The notes beneath the pieces were generated by a model. That model was not told where the DNA came from. It worked only from the letters and a program-made list of their open reading frames with translations, and searched no databases. DNA of 64,000 nucleotides, from NCBI RefSeq assembly GCF_009914755.1, contig NC_060932.1; one strand, given 5' to 3'. The first letter of the stretch is position 1; each line of letters starts with the position of its first letter. Position numbers and translations under genes: made by a program. Of the stretch, positions 41,900-55,214 are shown one piece after another. Source of the stretch: the human T2T-CHM13v2.0 reference genome, Homo sapiens.

Positions 41900-43450
41900 A
41901 GTAGAAAAAAGCTAAAATTTTACAGATGTATTTTCTGATATTAAACTATACTTTCATTCTTGGTATAGATTTTATTTAATAATAATTTGGTTGAATATGG
42001 TTTGCTAACATCTTTTTTATGACTTTTGTATATACAATATACAGACAATCCTATAATTTTTCATATATTGCTTTTATATTGCTTGGAGTCAGAATTATGC
42101 TAATGTTAAAAAATTAATTATAAGCTTTTATAAGCTTTTCCTCTTTTTAAATTTTATTGAAAATGTGGACACAATATAAATTATCTGTGTCTTAAAGTTT
42201 GGTAAAACTCACCTGCAAATCTTTCTCCACCTAGGGCATTAAAGTGAAGAGATGTCTTTACCATTTCAATTTATTAACAGTTTTCATTCTACTCAAGTTT
42301 CTTGTCACAATTTTTAATTTTATCCAGAATGATATCCATTTCCTCTGAGTTTTTACATTTATAGAAACAAAGCTGTTCATAATATTTTTGTATTTGTAAT
42401 TCTGTGATGTCTATATTTACTTTTTCTGTTTAGAGATAGTTTTGGAAAAATGGACTCATTATATGCAGAATACAGTTGATTCCTAACACATATAATATAC
42501 AAAGGTGACTCCTGATGGGTTGAAAACCTCATTAAGAAAGATAAAAAGGATAGCATTAATACAAAAACATGTGAGCAAATACCATCAATAATCTAGAATC
42601 TGAAGAAAACTTTAATTAAAAAATGCACAATTCATAAAGAAAATATATTGACAGATTTTATAGAATTAATGTTATGGGCTTCTGTTCAGTGAAAGGTATC
42701 ATAGACAAAATTATCAAGTATTTGGCAAACTGGAAAAGATTTTTTAAATAATTGAAATTAGCAGGGGTCAACATCTAGAATACACAAGGAATTTACATAT
42801 CCATAAGAAAAAGATGAGAATTTCAATATACAAAACCAGGCAATTCATTGAAAGTCAAATCTGAATTAGCGAGTATATGAAGAAAAGACCAACTCTTGAT
42901 TAAAAAATTAGAGCTAAGTCAGCTATTACTGAGCCATAGAAAGATGAGTGCTCTGCACTGCTGATGGGAATGTACACTGGTATAGCTATTGTAGAGAGAA
43001 ATCTAGGTGTACTTAGTGGAAGTGAATATGATCCAGTAAACTATTCCAAGGATGCATCTCAGAGAAACTTGAGCCCAGGTTCATAAGGGGACAAGCACAA
43101 AGATGTTCATTGTAGCAGCAGTTAGAACCAACTCAGTGCCCATCACTACAGAAATGAGTAAGTAAGATGTGGTGGTGTATGCATACGGTAAAATGCTATT
43201 ATCCAACATCAGAAGCAATAAACTTGTATTTCATACAGTGGCATGGATGAATCTCTGAATGAATGACAAAAAACATTAAATTCAAAAATTAAATAATGAA
43301 AATTACTTAAAAATTAAAATTACAAACAGAATGAAAGTCATAGACTAATGCCATTTATGTAAATTAAAAACAGATGCATATATAAAACAGCACCATATGT
43401 GTTTCAAAGAATCACACCTATCCAAAGACATCTATATGTAATAGAATTGT
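41900..43450. mobile_element. Old L1M/L1ME fragments (antisense about 41900-42430, sense about 42450-43450)
   Basis: Degenerate L1 ORF2 and 3' motifs (ctgctgatgggaatgta, agatgttcattgtagca, catggatgaatctc). Confidence 0.6.
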
Positions 43451-44057
43451 ACCTATAGTGAGGAGGCTGGTAAATTGTGTGAAAATGGGGTATGAATGAC
43501 AAATAATAAAAAGAAAATAAAAGAGATACCTTGGCATGGATAGTTGAAGTATGTACTGTGTGTTAGTGAGTATCATTAACTCAACACCTTGCCCCTAAGA
43601 TTAAAAAGATATAAATTATATAGCCATAATGCTTGTGCTGTATAATGTAAAGAGAAACAAATGTTACACATGAACCAAAATAGATACAAATATTTTCCTT
43701 GCTTCTTTAGATTGTCCCAAAACATGCCAGGCTTGCATCATTTTCTTAAGGAGGATTATGCCATGTTTCCCTCATCCTCAGTGATCTCTACCTATCCTAT
43801 GACACTCTTCAAGACACAATTTAAGTTCTACTTCTAAAAAACCTTTAAAATTGTTCCATTCATGTAAATGACTTCCTGTAACCAATTGCTTTTATAAGCT
43901 GTACCACAACATCTAAAACTTAATACTATTAACAACTCTTTTGCCCTGTATTATGTCTTGCTCACGGTTTCCTTTACTAGATGTTAACTTTCTAGAGATC
44001 AGAGAGATTTCTTTGAAGCTTTCTGTTGTGCCTAGAGCAGTGTTGTACTCAAGGTTG

Positions 44058-44284
44058 AAAGATCTCAATTTCTTATTGGTCTATGAATGTTATTTTCAGT
44101 TAAAAAGATCACATGGCAGGTAAAAAAAATATGCACAGACAAATACTTAAAAACGTAAGAAAAGAAGCTGAGCTTCATTCATTTTGGTAACTGGCTAGTG
44201 ATATAATAGACTTGAAGCACAGAAGGTACTCAACAAATATTTGTTGAAAGAATGCATCAGAAAAATGGACTAGTCTAGAGAGGA
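44058..44284 (+). repeat. Copy A of a ~225-bp local duplication (partner about 45248-45472)
   Basis: Shared blocks include aatgttattttcagttaa, aagatcacatggcaggta, gtaactggctagtgata, agaaggtactcaacaaa and gaaaaatggactag. Confidence 0.9.
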
Positions 44285-47200
44285 CCTCAATAAACATTTT
44301 GGTTAATAGATTTTTAGTTAAGATTTGAAATTGTGATGCAAAGGGATGGATAGGCAAGATCATAGCCGAAACTTGAAAAAAAAAACTGATCTTTTTGCAG
44401 CTGAAAATTAGTTTGAAAGTAGGGAAGCATAGAGCTAGAATAATTGCTATCACACTATGAATGGAATAGCCCTTCAATCAATGTAGTAGGTAAAGTTTGC
44501 TTTAAGTTCCTCACTTTTTTAAAGCCCCTCTTTCTTTTCTTGATGTTTCTTGTCTAGGACATTTTTCCTTCAATAAATCTTCACCCGTGACAGCCTACCT
44601 ATATGCTTTCTGATTATTCCAGGCCATGAGAAACTATCACTATTTTCCCCCTGAACACTTAGAAAATTTTATTTTTACTTCAAATAAAACTAGCAAGAGC
44701 CAACTCAGAATATGCTTCCTCCCTCTAGAACAGTTTTAAGGGAAATATTTTCTTATGTTTTTGATGAAAATTATCATTTTCTTATGATTACCAAATGTAT
44801 GAATTATTTTTATATGCTAAATTGTGGTAGGTTATTCCTCTTCTGGTCATGGAAGGAAGAAATGTCCTACATAGTGGAGGTGATAAACTGAGTTCTCACC
44901 GAGACTCAGAATCTCATTTAGTTGTGCTCTGCAAATGATATGAATGAGAACCAATGGCTTTCTCTAAAAGGGGACTTGAACTTCGTGTGGGATTTAAGAG
45001 ACTGGAGCTTTGAAACAAGAAGCTATATGCAGCTTGCTCAGCTTTTTGGGATGTGCAGAATAGATGTGGATCTGCTTAAGGGAATGGTGGTTGAAAGCAA
45101 TATAATGCAAAGTGGAAAGAATCAAGGTATGATGTAATAAAACACAGATACAATATCTATTTCAGTTAAGTACTAGTTTTGTGATCTTGACCAAGTCAGA
45201 AACATCTCTGAAAGTTTGTTTTCCTTTTTGTATGATAAGGAGGTCAGAAGATCTCGAATTCTTATTGATCTATAAATGTTATTTTCAGTTAACAAGATCA
45301 CATGGCAGGTAGAAAAATTATGTACAGGTAAGTGCTTAAAAACATGAGAAGAAGCTGAGTTTCATTCATTTGAGTAACTGGCTAGTGATAAAATGGACTT
45401 GAAGCATAGAAGGTACTCAACAAACATTTGTTGAATGAATGCATGCCGAAAAATGGACTAGACTGGAGAGGAAGTAATGTCATGATACAGTGCCAAGACA
45501 AGACTCTCAGGCTAGGTATGTAGGCGGCAGAGGAAAGAACTTATTGAAGGCAGATAGGAAGAAGTCCTCTTTACTCAGGGGTCAGAATCAGGGAAAAGCT
45601 GCAGGAGCCAGGGTAGCTGTAGCGTAAAAGTTATGAAGAGACCAAAAGCATAAAAGTTATGAAGATACCTGTAGGGAAGACTAGCAATCATGTTTTAGAG
45701 AATTAAGATTCACAATAGAAATGCCTACTCAAATATATGTTAAACAACATGTCTGAACGCTTGGGTTTACACTTGAGGCAGCTATAATAAAAGGCAAGGC
45801 AAGGCAAGGGAGTGAGGAGCCCAATCAAATCACCATAGGCTTTAGAATTTAACAGACAAGAGTGTAGCCAAGCTCTACCATCCACTAATAATACAAATAT
45901 TGACAAAATATTAATTGCTCTGAGACATCTAGAAAATGAACATTTTAATTCTGATAAATGAAGATTGTAGTATCTACTTTGTAGATTTCTTTTGAAGATT
46001 TGTGAATATATGAAAATGGCCTAAAACATGCCTCACATGATTTATTCTTTAATGCTATTTTTATTATTTTTAATGTTACTGTAGATTTTATGTCGAATAA
46101 GGTATCAGCCAACTCAATATTCGTCTTGCCTTCAGTGAAAGAACTTGTAATTTGTAAAATAATGGCTTCCTTATTTTTGTATTTTCTTCTGTGTGCTTTT
46201 TTTTCTCCTTAATGCTCTTTTAAAAGGCCTTCCCTCCCAACCAAAAATTCTACCTTTGCCTTAGTAGCACTAAGGAAGAAAAAGGACCTTTCCGCAGCAC
46301 CCAGTCTAGAGTAGCTTATTGCCTGCAAGGCTATGGGTTGGCCAAGGAGGCCCAGGATCTCAGAGAAGCAGAAGAGCCAGGGGAACCAGGGAAGGGCGGA
46401 GGGAGTCATTGAGGCATGGTTGAAGTGGTCTTTACATGGCTCCACACAACAGATGGACTCTACCACATTCAAATGCACTTGGAGCACCTTCTCAGTAAGA
46501 GATGATGCCCCCTCAAGTGTTTGCTTGTTTAAACATACCTTCATGTGAGTGGAGAGTAGGAGGAATCCTGCTTCCTGAAGGTAACTGATTTCATAGTAGA
46601 TGAAGTTAGATATGAAGTTAAACTCTTCAATTAAACAGATTAACAATAACATTAATCCGAGGTTTGTTATGGACAACACATTAATACTGGTAACTTGCCA
46701 GTAGATACGCTATAGTCAGCAAACAGTACAGCTTGTTTACGATTGCTAAATCAAATTTTCAAAGAAATGTAGTTCTGGTAATTGTAAGCAAAACCGTTAA
46801 AATGGTCTGAGTTAGTTTTGAAGTTACTTTCATCTTCAGGAGGTTTTGAACTCTGTTAGAGACGGGCGGGCCTCATTCTGTCAGGTTGTAGGTTAATTCC
46901 CCAACTCAAACTTCCCCGATCAAACATTGTCAGGCCAGGCGACTGTTTTGGTTTATGGATGATAAAGTATAGGGCCAAGGTAGGCCAAGAGTAGAAGACA
47001 GAGGGAGGGCTGGGTTTCACTTCTAATTTTTGGCCCAAGCTTTCATGGTGAGGAAACTGTTTTCAAGGGCTTAGAGCAATCGCAGTTCCACAATCGCAGA
47101 TAGAAAGTATGATTTCTCTGGAAAAAAAGTGTCTTAACCTATGAAGCTGTGTGTGAAGATCAAGTGTAGGGGATACGCTGAGGTCAAGTCATGCGACCAA

Positions 47201-47399
47201 AGACCGGAAAACGGAGATTGCTGCATGCAAGCGTGCTGGGCGTTTGTTTGGTTTGCTTGCCTGCTTAAAGTATCCACTGGGAGGGATGGCGGCTAGAAGT
47301 CAGAGGCATTGACTGATTGAGGAACTGGTGAAGCGGAGCCCATGAGGTGCTGAGGTACTCTAAATAGGAGGATAAGGTATGAGGCAAAACAAGGCTGGA

Positions 47400-47970
47400 G
47401 TCAAACAAAGGCGCCGTTGCATCGCAGATTGCAACCTGAAGCGGCTCCCGGCTCCCTGGAGAGTAACCCGGAGAGACGGACAGGGGTGGCAGCCAGGAGG
47501 AGACCGCAGGAACCTCGCCTCCGCCGCGGCCCCGCCCCCACGGATCCCCGCCCCCGCAGTTGCGGAACCAATGGGAGCTCGGAATGTTAGCGGGTGGGAG
47601 GTGCGGCTGGGTTGCTACAGCCAGAGCTGGGCGGTGGCGGGCGCTGCTGAAGGAGTCTCGCTGAGCTCGAGGAGGTGGCGCGATGGAGGGACTGGAAGGT
47701 GAGGCGATGAAGGGATGAGGGCAGGACGGCTAGAGCGGGCCCGAAACAGCTGGGGACCCTGGACACCAGTAGCAGGAAGGCGAGGGCTGGTTCGGTGCGG
47801 CGGACCTCGCCGCGTCCCGCCGCGCCTCCGGAGGCTGGGGCCGAAGGGAACCGGACAGTCCCCGATGCGGTGGAGCTAACGCTACCAGGCTGCCCCGCCT
47901 CAGACGGTCTTCAACTGGGCTTTCCCGCCCGGAGCCAGATCCTGCCCCTGGCAAGACGCCTGCACGTCTC
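47400..47970 (+). promoter_or_regulatory. ZC2HC1A: CpG-island promoter of ZC2HC1A
   Basis: The only CpG-dense, GC-rich block in the window. Two GC boxes (CCCCGCCCCC at 47530-39 and 47546-55) and a CCAAT box (47568-72) lie upstream of the ATG; TATA-less. Confidence 0.9.
47683..47698 (+). CDS. ZC2HC1A: ZC2HC1A coding exon 1 (MEGLE + 1 nt, phase 1)
   Basis: gcgcgATGG start inside the CpG island, then donor AAG|GTGAGG at 47699. It splices in frame to the exons at 57322 and 60099, giving MEGLEENGGVVQVGELLPCKICGRTFFPVALKKHGPICQKTATKKRKTFDSSRQRAEGTDIPTVKPLKPR, which I recognise as the ZC2HC1A N-terminus. Confidence 0.93.
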
Positions 47971-50900
47971 TTCCTACCATTTTCTGATCTTGCTTGACTC
48001 CTGAGTGCCCTTTTAGTGATCCCAGTCTCTGGCCAGATTTTGTTTTCCTTGTACTGGACTCTCTCCATTATTGTCCACGGCCTTAACACCAACAGGCCAC
48101 TTTGTGCTGCAGCCCCGGGGTGTGTCTCCAGCCTCGAGCTCCTGACATTCCTTGGCCGATTTCCCTAGGTAACCGGCTTTTTACATTTCGACAGCATCTT
48201 CTGTCGGAGGGATGTCAGAGCATCTCCTAAGGAAGTGTCACTGGCCAGCTTTAGAGCCGGTACAATAGATTACCCGGAGGATTTGATGACTTATTCACGG
48301 CCGCTGTGTGAGGAAGAGCCTGTATTGGTTCCTTATCTTTGGGTTTATCTTTGTACTGTAACCATGACTCCAGATTTTGCTTTGTTCCCAGTTCTTTCAC
48401 TTTTTCTCTATTCTGTTTACCCATTTTATCCTGTGTAATGAAAGCATTCACCTAAAAACAAAGGAAGGACAAAAACCACAATAACTAGCATTGGCAACAA
48501 CAGTTTCAAGATTTTTTAATTTGTTATGATGAAGAACAAACCTTCAGAATTGAAAGATCCTATTGTCTTGATTTAGCTCCTTTCCCCCGTCTCCTAGTTT
48601 ACACGGATTCAGTTGGAATTAAGAATGAGCAGAAGCTTTTGAGTCTTGTGTATTGTTGCATGCCAGGGAGTAAAATATTCTACATTGTGTGATGAAGTGC
48701 AAAGTGGTAGCCGGTAACTTTTTCAGTCACCTATTCACCAAAAAGCAGATGTAATAACATGAGTAGAAGTTTATTTCGTGCTTTTGCTCTGATAAATGAT
48801 TCTGATAATTTTCCGTTTGTGGACAGCTGCAGTATGCTATGGCCTAATGAAGGTCTTGTTTTTTGCTTATGTGTTTTTGGAAGATAATTCAAGTTTCCAT
48901 GAAATAAGGAATTGTAATGATAGTACAGTATATTTTACTTTCAAGATACTTTTGTATCTTGGTGGGATTAAAGCATGGGTTATGGAATTCTCATGAGATT
49001 ATCATATATAATATGATAAGGTTTTATTACATATTATCTATAAAGTGTTTTGAACAGTTTGCAGATTTTTATTATTTTATTCAACATTTGTTATTAAGAC
49101 AAAGATCATCATCTGATTTTTCACTTATGTATCCTAGGCACCTAAAACAATGTCTGACACAAAGTAGGTACTCAATAAATATTTGTTGTTAAATAAATGT
49201 CTATTATGGGCATCTTTTTAGGTTCTAGGTTGCAGCAAAGAATAAAAATGATAAAGCTTTACTCTCATCGAACCTACATTTTAGTGGACCTTACATTTTA
49301 ACAGTGCTAAGATATTACTATTGAAACCTTACTACGAATGTTTTTAAAATATAATGGAAACCTGTTATGACACTCAGTTGCATAGGTGGACAAAGGTAGG
49401 ATTCTGTATTTATAGGCATATTTTATGGGTCCAGCTTATGATGTTATAGGGCCCAGCTTATGATGTTAATAGTGCTTGCCCTTTACTTTTAGATTTTTTT
49501 TTTTTACAAAATAAGATGCTATCATTAACTATAATGTGTTTAATTGTGATAAACTGAGTTGAAATATGTGAAGTTGCCCTAAATTATGTAGGGCAAAACA
49601 GTTGAATTCTGGTAATTTCAAGCAGTTCAATCTAATAAAAGCTCTTGAGAATTTTCTGTTGAAGTTAGGATGGTGCCTTTCTCTCCTTCCTCCTTCTCCC
49701 CTCTCCCTCCCCTAAGAGATCACACCTTGCAAATATCAAACTCTGAGTCTTAAGGTTACCGTTCATTAATTCATCCATTCTTTCATTCTAGAAACATTGA
49801 TACAGTGATAGATTAGGTAGTTTCTTACCTCTATTGGAAGTTAAAGTCTAGTACTTTGAAGGTGTTTAATAAATATTATATTGCAGTATCCAGTAAGAAA
49901 TATTCAAAAGTTTGCTTAATGTGTCAGAGTAATTGCGTAAATATTGTACTCTGGCATTAGACATATGTTTCTAGTTGAAACCAGTTACCAGACATTAATC
50001 TTGGCTATAAAACAAGAAAATATATGGACTCTTGAAAATTTCTATTAAAGATAATCTTACTCTTTCTTATAACTTACGTTATTTGCATGTAATCATATAC
50101 CATTTGTTTTACTTTTGGTCTTCAGGGTCTTTATGCTTCTTGAATAGTCAATAGATGAGGTATTAGGCTCAAACACTATACTTTGAAATGAAATATAAGT
50201 TATCTGTTTTTGTAGAATCAATATCTGAGCACTTCTACATTCTGTAGATAGTTATAGCAAAACCTTTTAATTCCTTTTCATCTAATAAAATTTGTGCCCC
50301 ACAAAATCTATCTAAGGATAATAGAAGTAGTTCTAGACTTGAGAGAGTTCCAATCTCTTATAAGCTTTTTTTATTTGTAAAATGGAGAGATGGTAAAATC
50401 TAAGCAGATTTTATCCTTAATACAGTATTGTCATTCCCTTCATATCCCTGATAAATGGTTATAAAAATTGTGGCAGAGATCAGACTGTCCGTTCCTCTTG
50501 TGGATTGTTGAAATTATTAGATCTTAGTACTGCCCTCTAAAACTTGATTAGAAGACTGATTGCTCTTCAGTGTAGCCCTTGGTTTAAAGATAGTCGTGTC
50601 TCATCAAAATTTCTGTTTTGTTTTATTTTTTCGTAGTATAAATGTATACTAGTTTACTGTATAATTCTTTATCTTTATTAATTTATCTAGCATTTACTGC
50701 TTTTTGGTAGTGAGTTGGATGCCAGATATTTTAATAGACAGTATATTGGAGAGGACTGTGTTTGAATCCTTGCTTTGTTTCTTTTTAGCTCTATGATTTG
50801 GGCAGTTTACTTAATCTGAACCCTTATTTTCCTTGCTATGAAAAAAATGGAGCTATTAAATATGTAACTACCTAAATTATATTAAGTATTAAATAATGTA

Positions 50901-51441
50901 ATATATGTAAAACATTTAGCTAAGTGCCTAGTGCATAGGAGGCCCTCTCAGTGTGTGTTTGTTAGATGGCGAAAATCACAAAAAGCATGTTAGCAGGTCC
51001 AGTATAGGTAAAACATAGCATGCTTGGGAGGAGCGAAGGAAACATTGAAGCCAAGAGAGAAAGGACTTTAAAGGTGAAAGAGATTTGTCAGCAGTGGCTC
51101 AGACTGTAGAAAGGCCCAGTAGGATGGGGATTCAAAAGAGGGCTTCAGATTTGACAATTAGTAAATAGTAATCCGTTACCTTCCTTTTTAATGTCATTAT
51201 TGTGTCCTTATTAAACAAACTTTCCCTGATTATCCATACTTCTCCAAGACAGCATTATGACCATCTCTTCTCCCCTTACTTTGTTCTACCTTCATTGTGG
51301 TTATCACCATGTAACATTTTATATATTAGTTTTTATTCATTTTTTCCCTGTTAGATCAGTGAAAGCTCTATAAGATCAGAGTATTTGTTTTTTATCATCC
51401 TTATACTCCTACCTCCTAGAACAGTTTCTGCCTCATGCTAG

Positions 51442-51819
<378 letters not shown>

Positions 51820-53769
51820 TAGTGCTTGGCCTGATAATGTCTCCCTGCAGTTCAGACAGTGAGTGAATGAGAGGCAGAGAAGGACTAAGCAGAAAATGTA
51901 AGTTAGTGTTTCAAAAAATGTGCTCATCAGGACATTGGTGGAGAACATTGGTCTTGGGAGTACAAAGGATTTCTGATAAAATAAATTTGGGCAAATAACA
52001 ACATACTAAGCTTCTTTTTTTAAGACTAAGGGAGTTCTGCTCTAAGAGAACCCATTTAACTTAGGTTAATGTACCATTTTCCAAACATTTGGCCATGTAG
52101 CAAGGGATTCGTGGATAATTCCTAGTATAAATGATGGGTCATGTTCAGACTGGGTAGGAAAGGACATGCAGCCAGGAATGAACTTATTAAGAAAAGCAAG
52201 TCACTCTGAGATCAAGATAGTAACTTAGAGAAAGGTAGGAGGTAGAATTCTATGGTTAAAGAGGAAACTTGAGTGTTTTAAAGTCCAGAGTTGGTTGTTT
52301 TGGCAGTAGTTTTGCTGAACTAGAGTGTAGGTGACTAAAATGCTGTGAAGGATGAAGGTTGTGTGTTGAGTCGGGTAGGCATTGACTAGGTTAAGACAAA
52401 AACTCTTCTAGGATGAGCTGAAAAGGGTAAATCTTCTGAGACACTGGATAATATTGATCTGAAAGTAATTCGATTTTGGAAAGGATATTGGGAAGAAAGT
52501 GATATAACATATTTAGTGCTTCAGAAGAAAGATTTGTTGAGTGTTAAAGGAGTCAAATGAACGGTGATAGAATATAAGACTTACCAGCAGTGAGGAGATG
52601 GACATGCCACAAGGGAGGCCAGAACTGTTCTTAATTTCCAAGATTTCTTTGAAAATGTTCTCTCATAGTTCTTAAATGTATGCATTTTAAAATGTCACAA
52701 CTATTTGAAATAAAATCTTTATTTCTCATCACTTATAGTGTTAGATAAAGATACCATTTCAAGTCTTACCATCATGCAGGTTTTGAAGTTGCAAAACATA
52801 AGCAACTCATAACAGAATCAACAGTGTGTGCCAGATAGATTTTGTAAGGAGAGATTGGCTTCTTAAAAGTTCTAGAATATTAAAGTACTTTATTGACTTG
52901 GTTGTATCCATCACCTTGAGTGCTTATTTCAACAGTATTTGCTCTCTGATATAATATTCACCAATAATCACCCCTCTGAATATCATCTTTCTCTTGTATT
53001 TTTATAAGCTGCAAAATTTGCTAGTTTTTGCCACTTAGGAAAGGTTAGTGGAGATTGCCTGCATGCCTTGGAAAGTAATATTTTTTATTTCTGTAGGTTA
53101 TGAAACATTTTTATATGTAATAATTGATCCTCTGAAATTTTAAAGTAAATTGAGCAGATATTAGCCTCATTTAACTGTTGTTAAACTGAGTCTGCCTATA
53201 TGATTAGTCATATATTTCTTTCTAATTCATGTCTTAAAGGCTTCTCTAACAAGGAGTTCTTTGCTGTAGGTCCTTTCAGGTTCTCAGTTCTCTGTGTAGA
53301 TAAGTGGAAGTTATTTCCTTAATGTGGTGTACACTACCTGAAGCATTCGTTCTACCATCTGCAGTTGGTTTAATCATTCTTATATATAAACTTTATTTAA
53401 AAAGTCAGTAAGAAAGATGTCTTCCATGTACTTTTCTTGCTAATGTAGTCTTAAGGTAGATTTTGTTAAATTACCGTACGTTACAGATAAAAAGGGACCG
53501 TATGTCATTTAACTTAACTTCCTTATTTTATGTAAGGAAATCTAAACCTTAGAGAGCTTAAGTATCTTGCCTGAGGACTCATAGTTCTCAGTGACAGAGC
53601 TGGGGACTTGAAGTTAGATAATGTAAGACAAATTCCAGTGCTTTTTCAACTATACTGTCATGTCTTTTAATGAATTTAATTAGAGCAAAATGTGGCTTTT
53701 GACTCTGAGGCCTAAGGTATTTATCATGATCTGGGTAGAAGATTCTATTAATATTTTTTTAAAAATTAT

Positions 53770-55214
53770 TTTAGTAATAAAATTTATATCCAGGCACATG
53801 ATGATTATTTTAATTGAGAGAAAGGTACAGCCACTTTATTATTTAATTAGTTGTGTGTGTGAGGTCAGAATATTTTAACGCCTTGGTCCAATTAATCTTA
53901 ATATAAGTATCATATGTATAAAATAACAATTCAAATAATACATGCGGTTTGCATAACTAGGTGATCTTAACCTTATAGCAGTATGCTTTCTATTATCTGG
54001 TGATAAAGAGAAAACGATTTTTTTTACCCTACACTCTGCAGATCAACTCAGTATGTCACTTAACTGATCACCAGCAGTATTTCTTCATGCCTTGGAGATT
54101 AATAAGATAAATTTTGTTTTTAAGGTTTAGTAATTTACCGTAGAGATAACCTTTAAGATAAAAGAACATGACAAATTGATTTGGTTAAAATAATTACAAG
54201 AAAACTACATATTTCCAACTAATCAGCTTGGTTATCCTTAAATTATGACTTTTCTGTGTTTATTCTGGTCTTTTTGCCCACTGGTAACTCTTAAGCCCAT
54301 TTTAATTGATAATTTTTCTTACTTCAAAATACAGTAAGAAATTTGTTTTACAGCAACTGACAACTTACCAATGAAACTAAAGAAAACATTATAATGTGAA
54401 GTTTCACAATTTAAACTACATAAATTATTTTTAATTTTTTTTTTAATTTTACTTTAAGTTCTGGGCTACATGTGCAGAACGTGCAGGCTTGTTATACAGG
54501 TATACATGTGCCATGGTGGTTTGCTGCACCCATCAACCTGTCATCTAGGTTTTAAGCCCCACATGCATTAGGTATTTGTCTTAATGCTCTCCCTCCTTTT
54601 GCCTCCCACCCCCTGACAGGCCCTGGAGTGTGATGTTCCCCTCCCTGTGTCCATGTGTTCTCATTGTTCAGCTCCCACTTATGAATAAGAACATGCGGTG
54701 TTTGATTTTCTGTTCCTGTGTTAGTTTGCTGAGAAAGATGGTTTCCAGCTTCATCCATGTCCCTGCAAAGGACATGAACTCATTCTTTTTTATGGCTGCA
54801 TAGTATTCCATGGTAGACATGTGCCACATTTTGTTTATCCAGTCTATCATTGATGGGCATTTGGGTTGGTTCTAAGTCTTTGCTATTGTAAATAGTGCTG
54901 CAGTAAGCATACGTGTGCATGTGTCTTTATAGTAGAATGATTTATAATACTTTGGGTACATACCCGGTAATGGGATTGCTGGGTCAAATGGTATTTCTGG
55001 TTCTAGATCCTTGAAGAATCACCACACTGACTTCCACAATGGTTGAATTAATTTACACTCCTACCAACAGTGTAAAAGTGTTCCTATTTCTCCACATCCT
55101 CTCCAACATCTGTTGTTTCCTGACTTTTTAATGATCGCCATTCTAACTGGCGTGAGATGGTATTCTGTTTTAGAGAATGAAAGCGTTGTCCAAATTGGAG
55201 AATTGTTACCTTGC
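53770..55214 (+). repeat. Diverged duplicate of the ZC2HC1A intron 1 end plus the first 41 nt of exon 2, interrupted by an L1
   Basis: Collinear with about 56623-57362 (shared blocks include tttgcataactaggtgatcttaa, tatttcttcatgccttgga and aaaataattacaagaaaacta). The exon-like part 55174-55214 matches exon 2 at 37/41. Confidence 0.92.
54431..55163 (-). mobile_element. 5'-truncated L1PA (L1PA7/8-like)
   Basis: T-rich tail followed by antisense L1 3' UTR and ORF2 end (minus-strand ORF WINKMWHMSTMEYYAAIKKNEF). Confidence 0.9.

Noticed and set aside
44090-44125. Micro-exon-like ttattttcAG...GCAG|GTA in both copies of the 44/45-kb duplication
   Set aside because: It lies upstream of the ZC2HC1A promoter with no supportable transcript, and such motifs arise by chance.
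46209-46679. 156-aa minus-strand ORF upstream of the promoter
   Set aside because: Non-ATG start, no recognisable domain or splice structure; consistent with a chance ORF.
47379-48092. Several 69-120 aa ORFs over the CpG island
   Set aside because: Expected stop-codon depletion in GC-rich DNA. The real coding part is the 16-nt exon at 47683.
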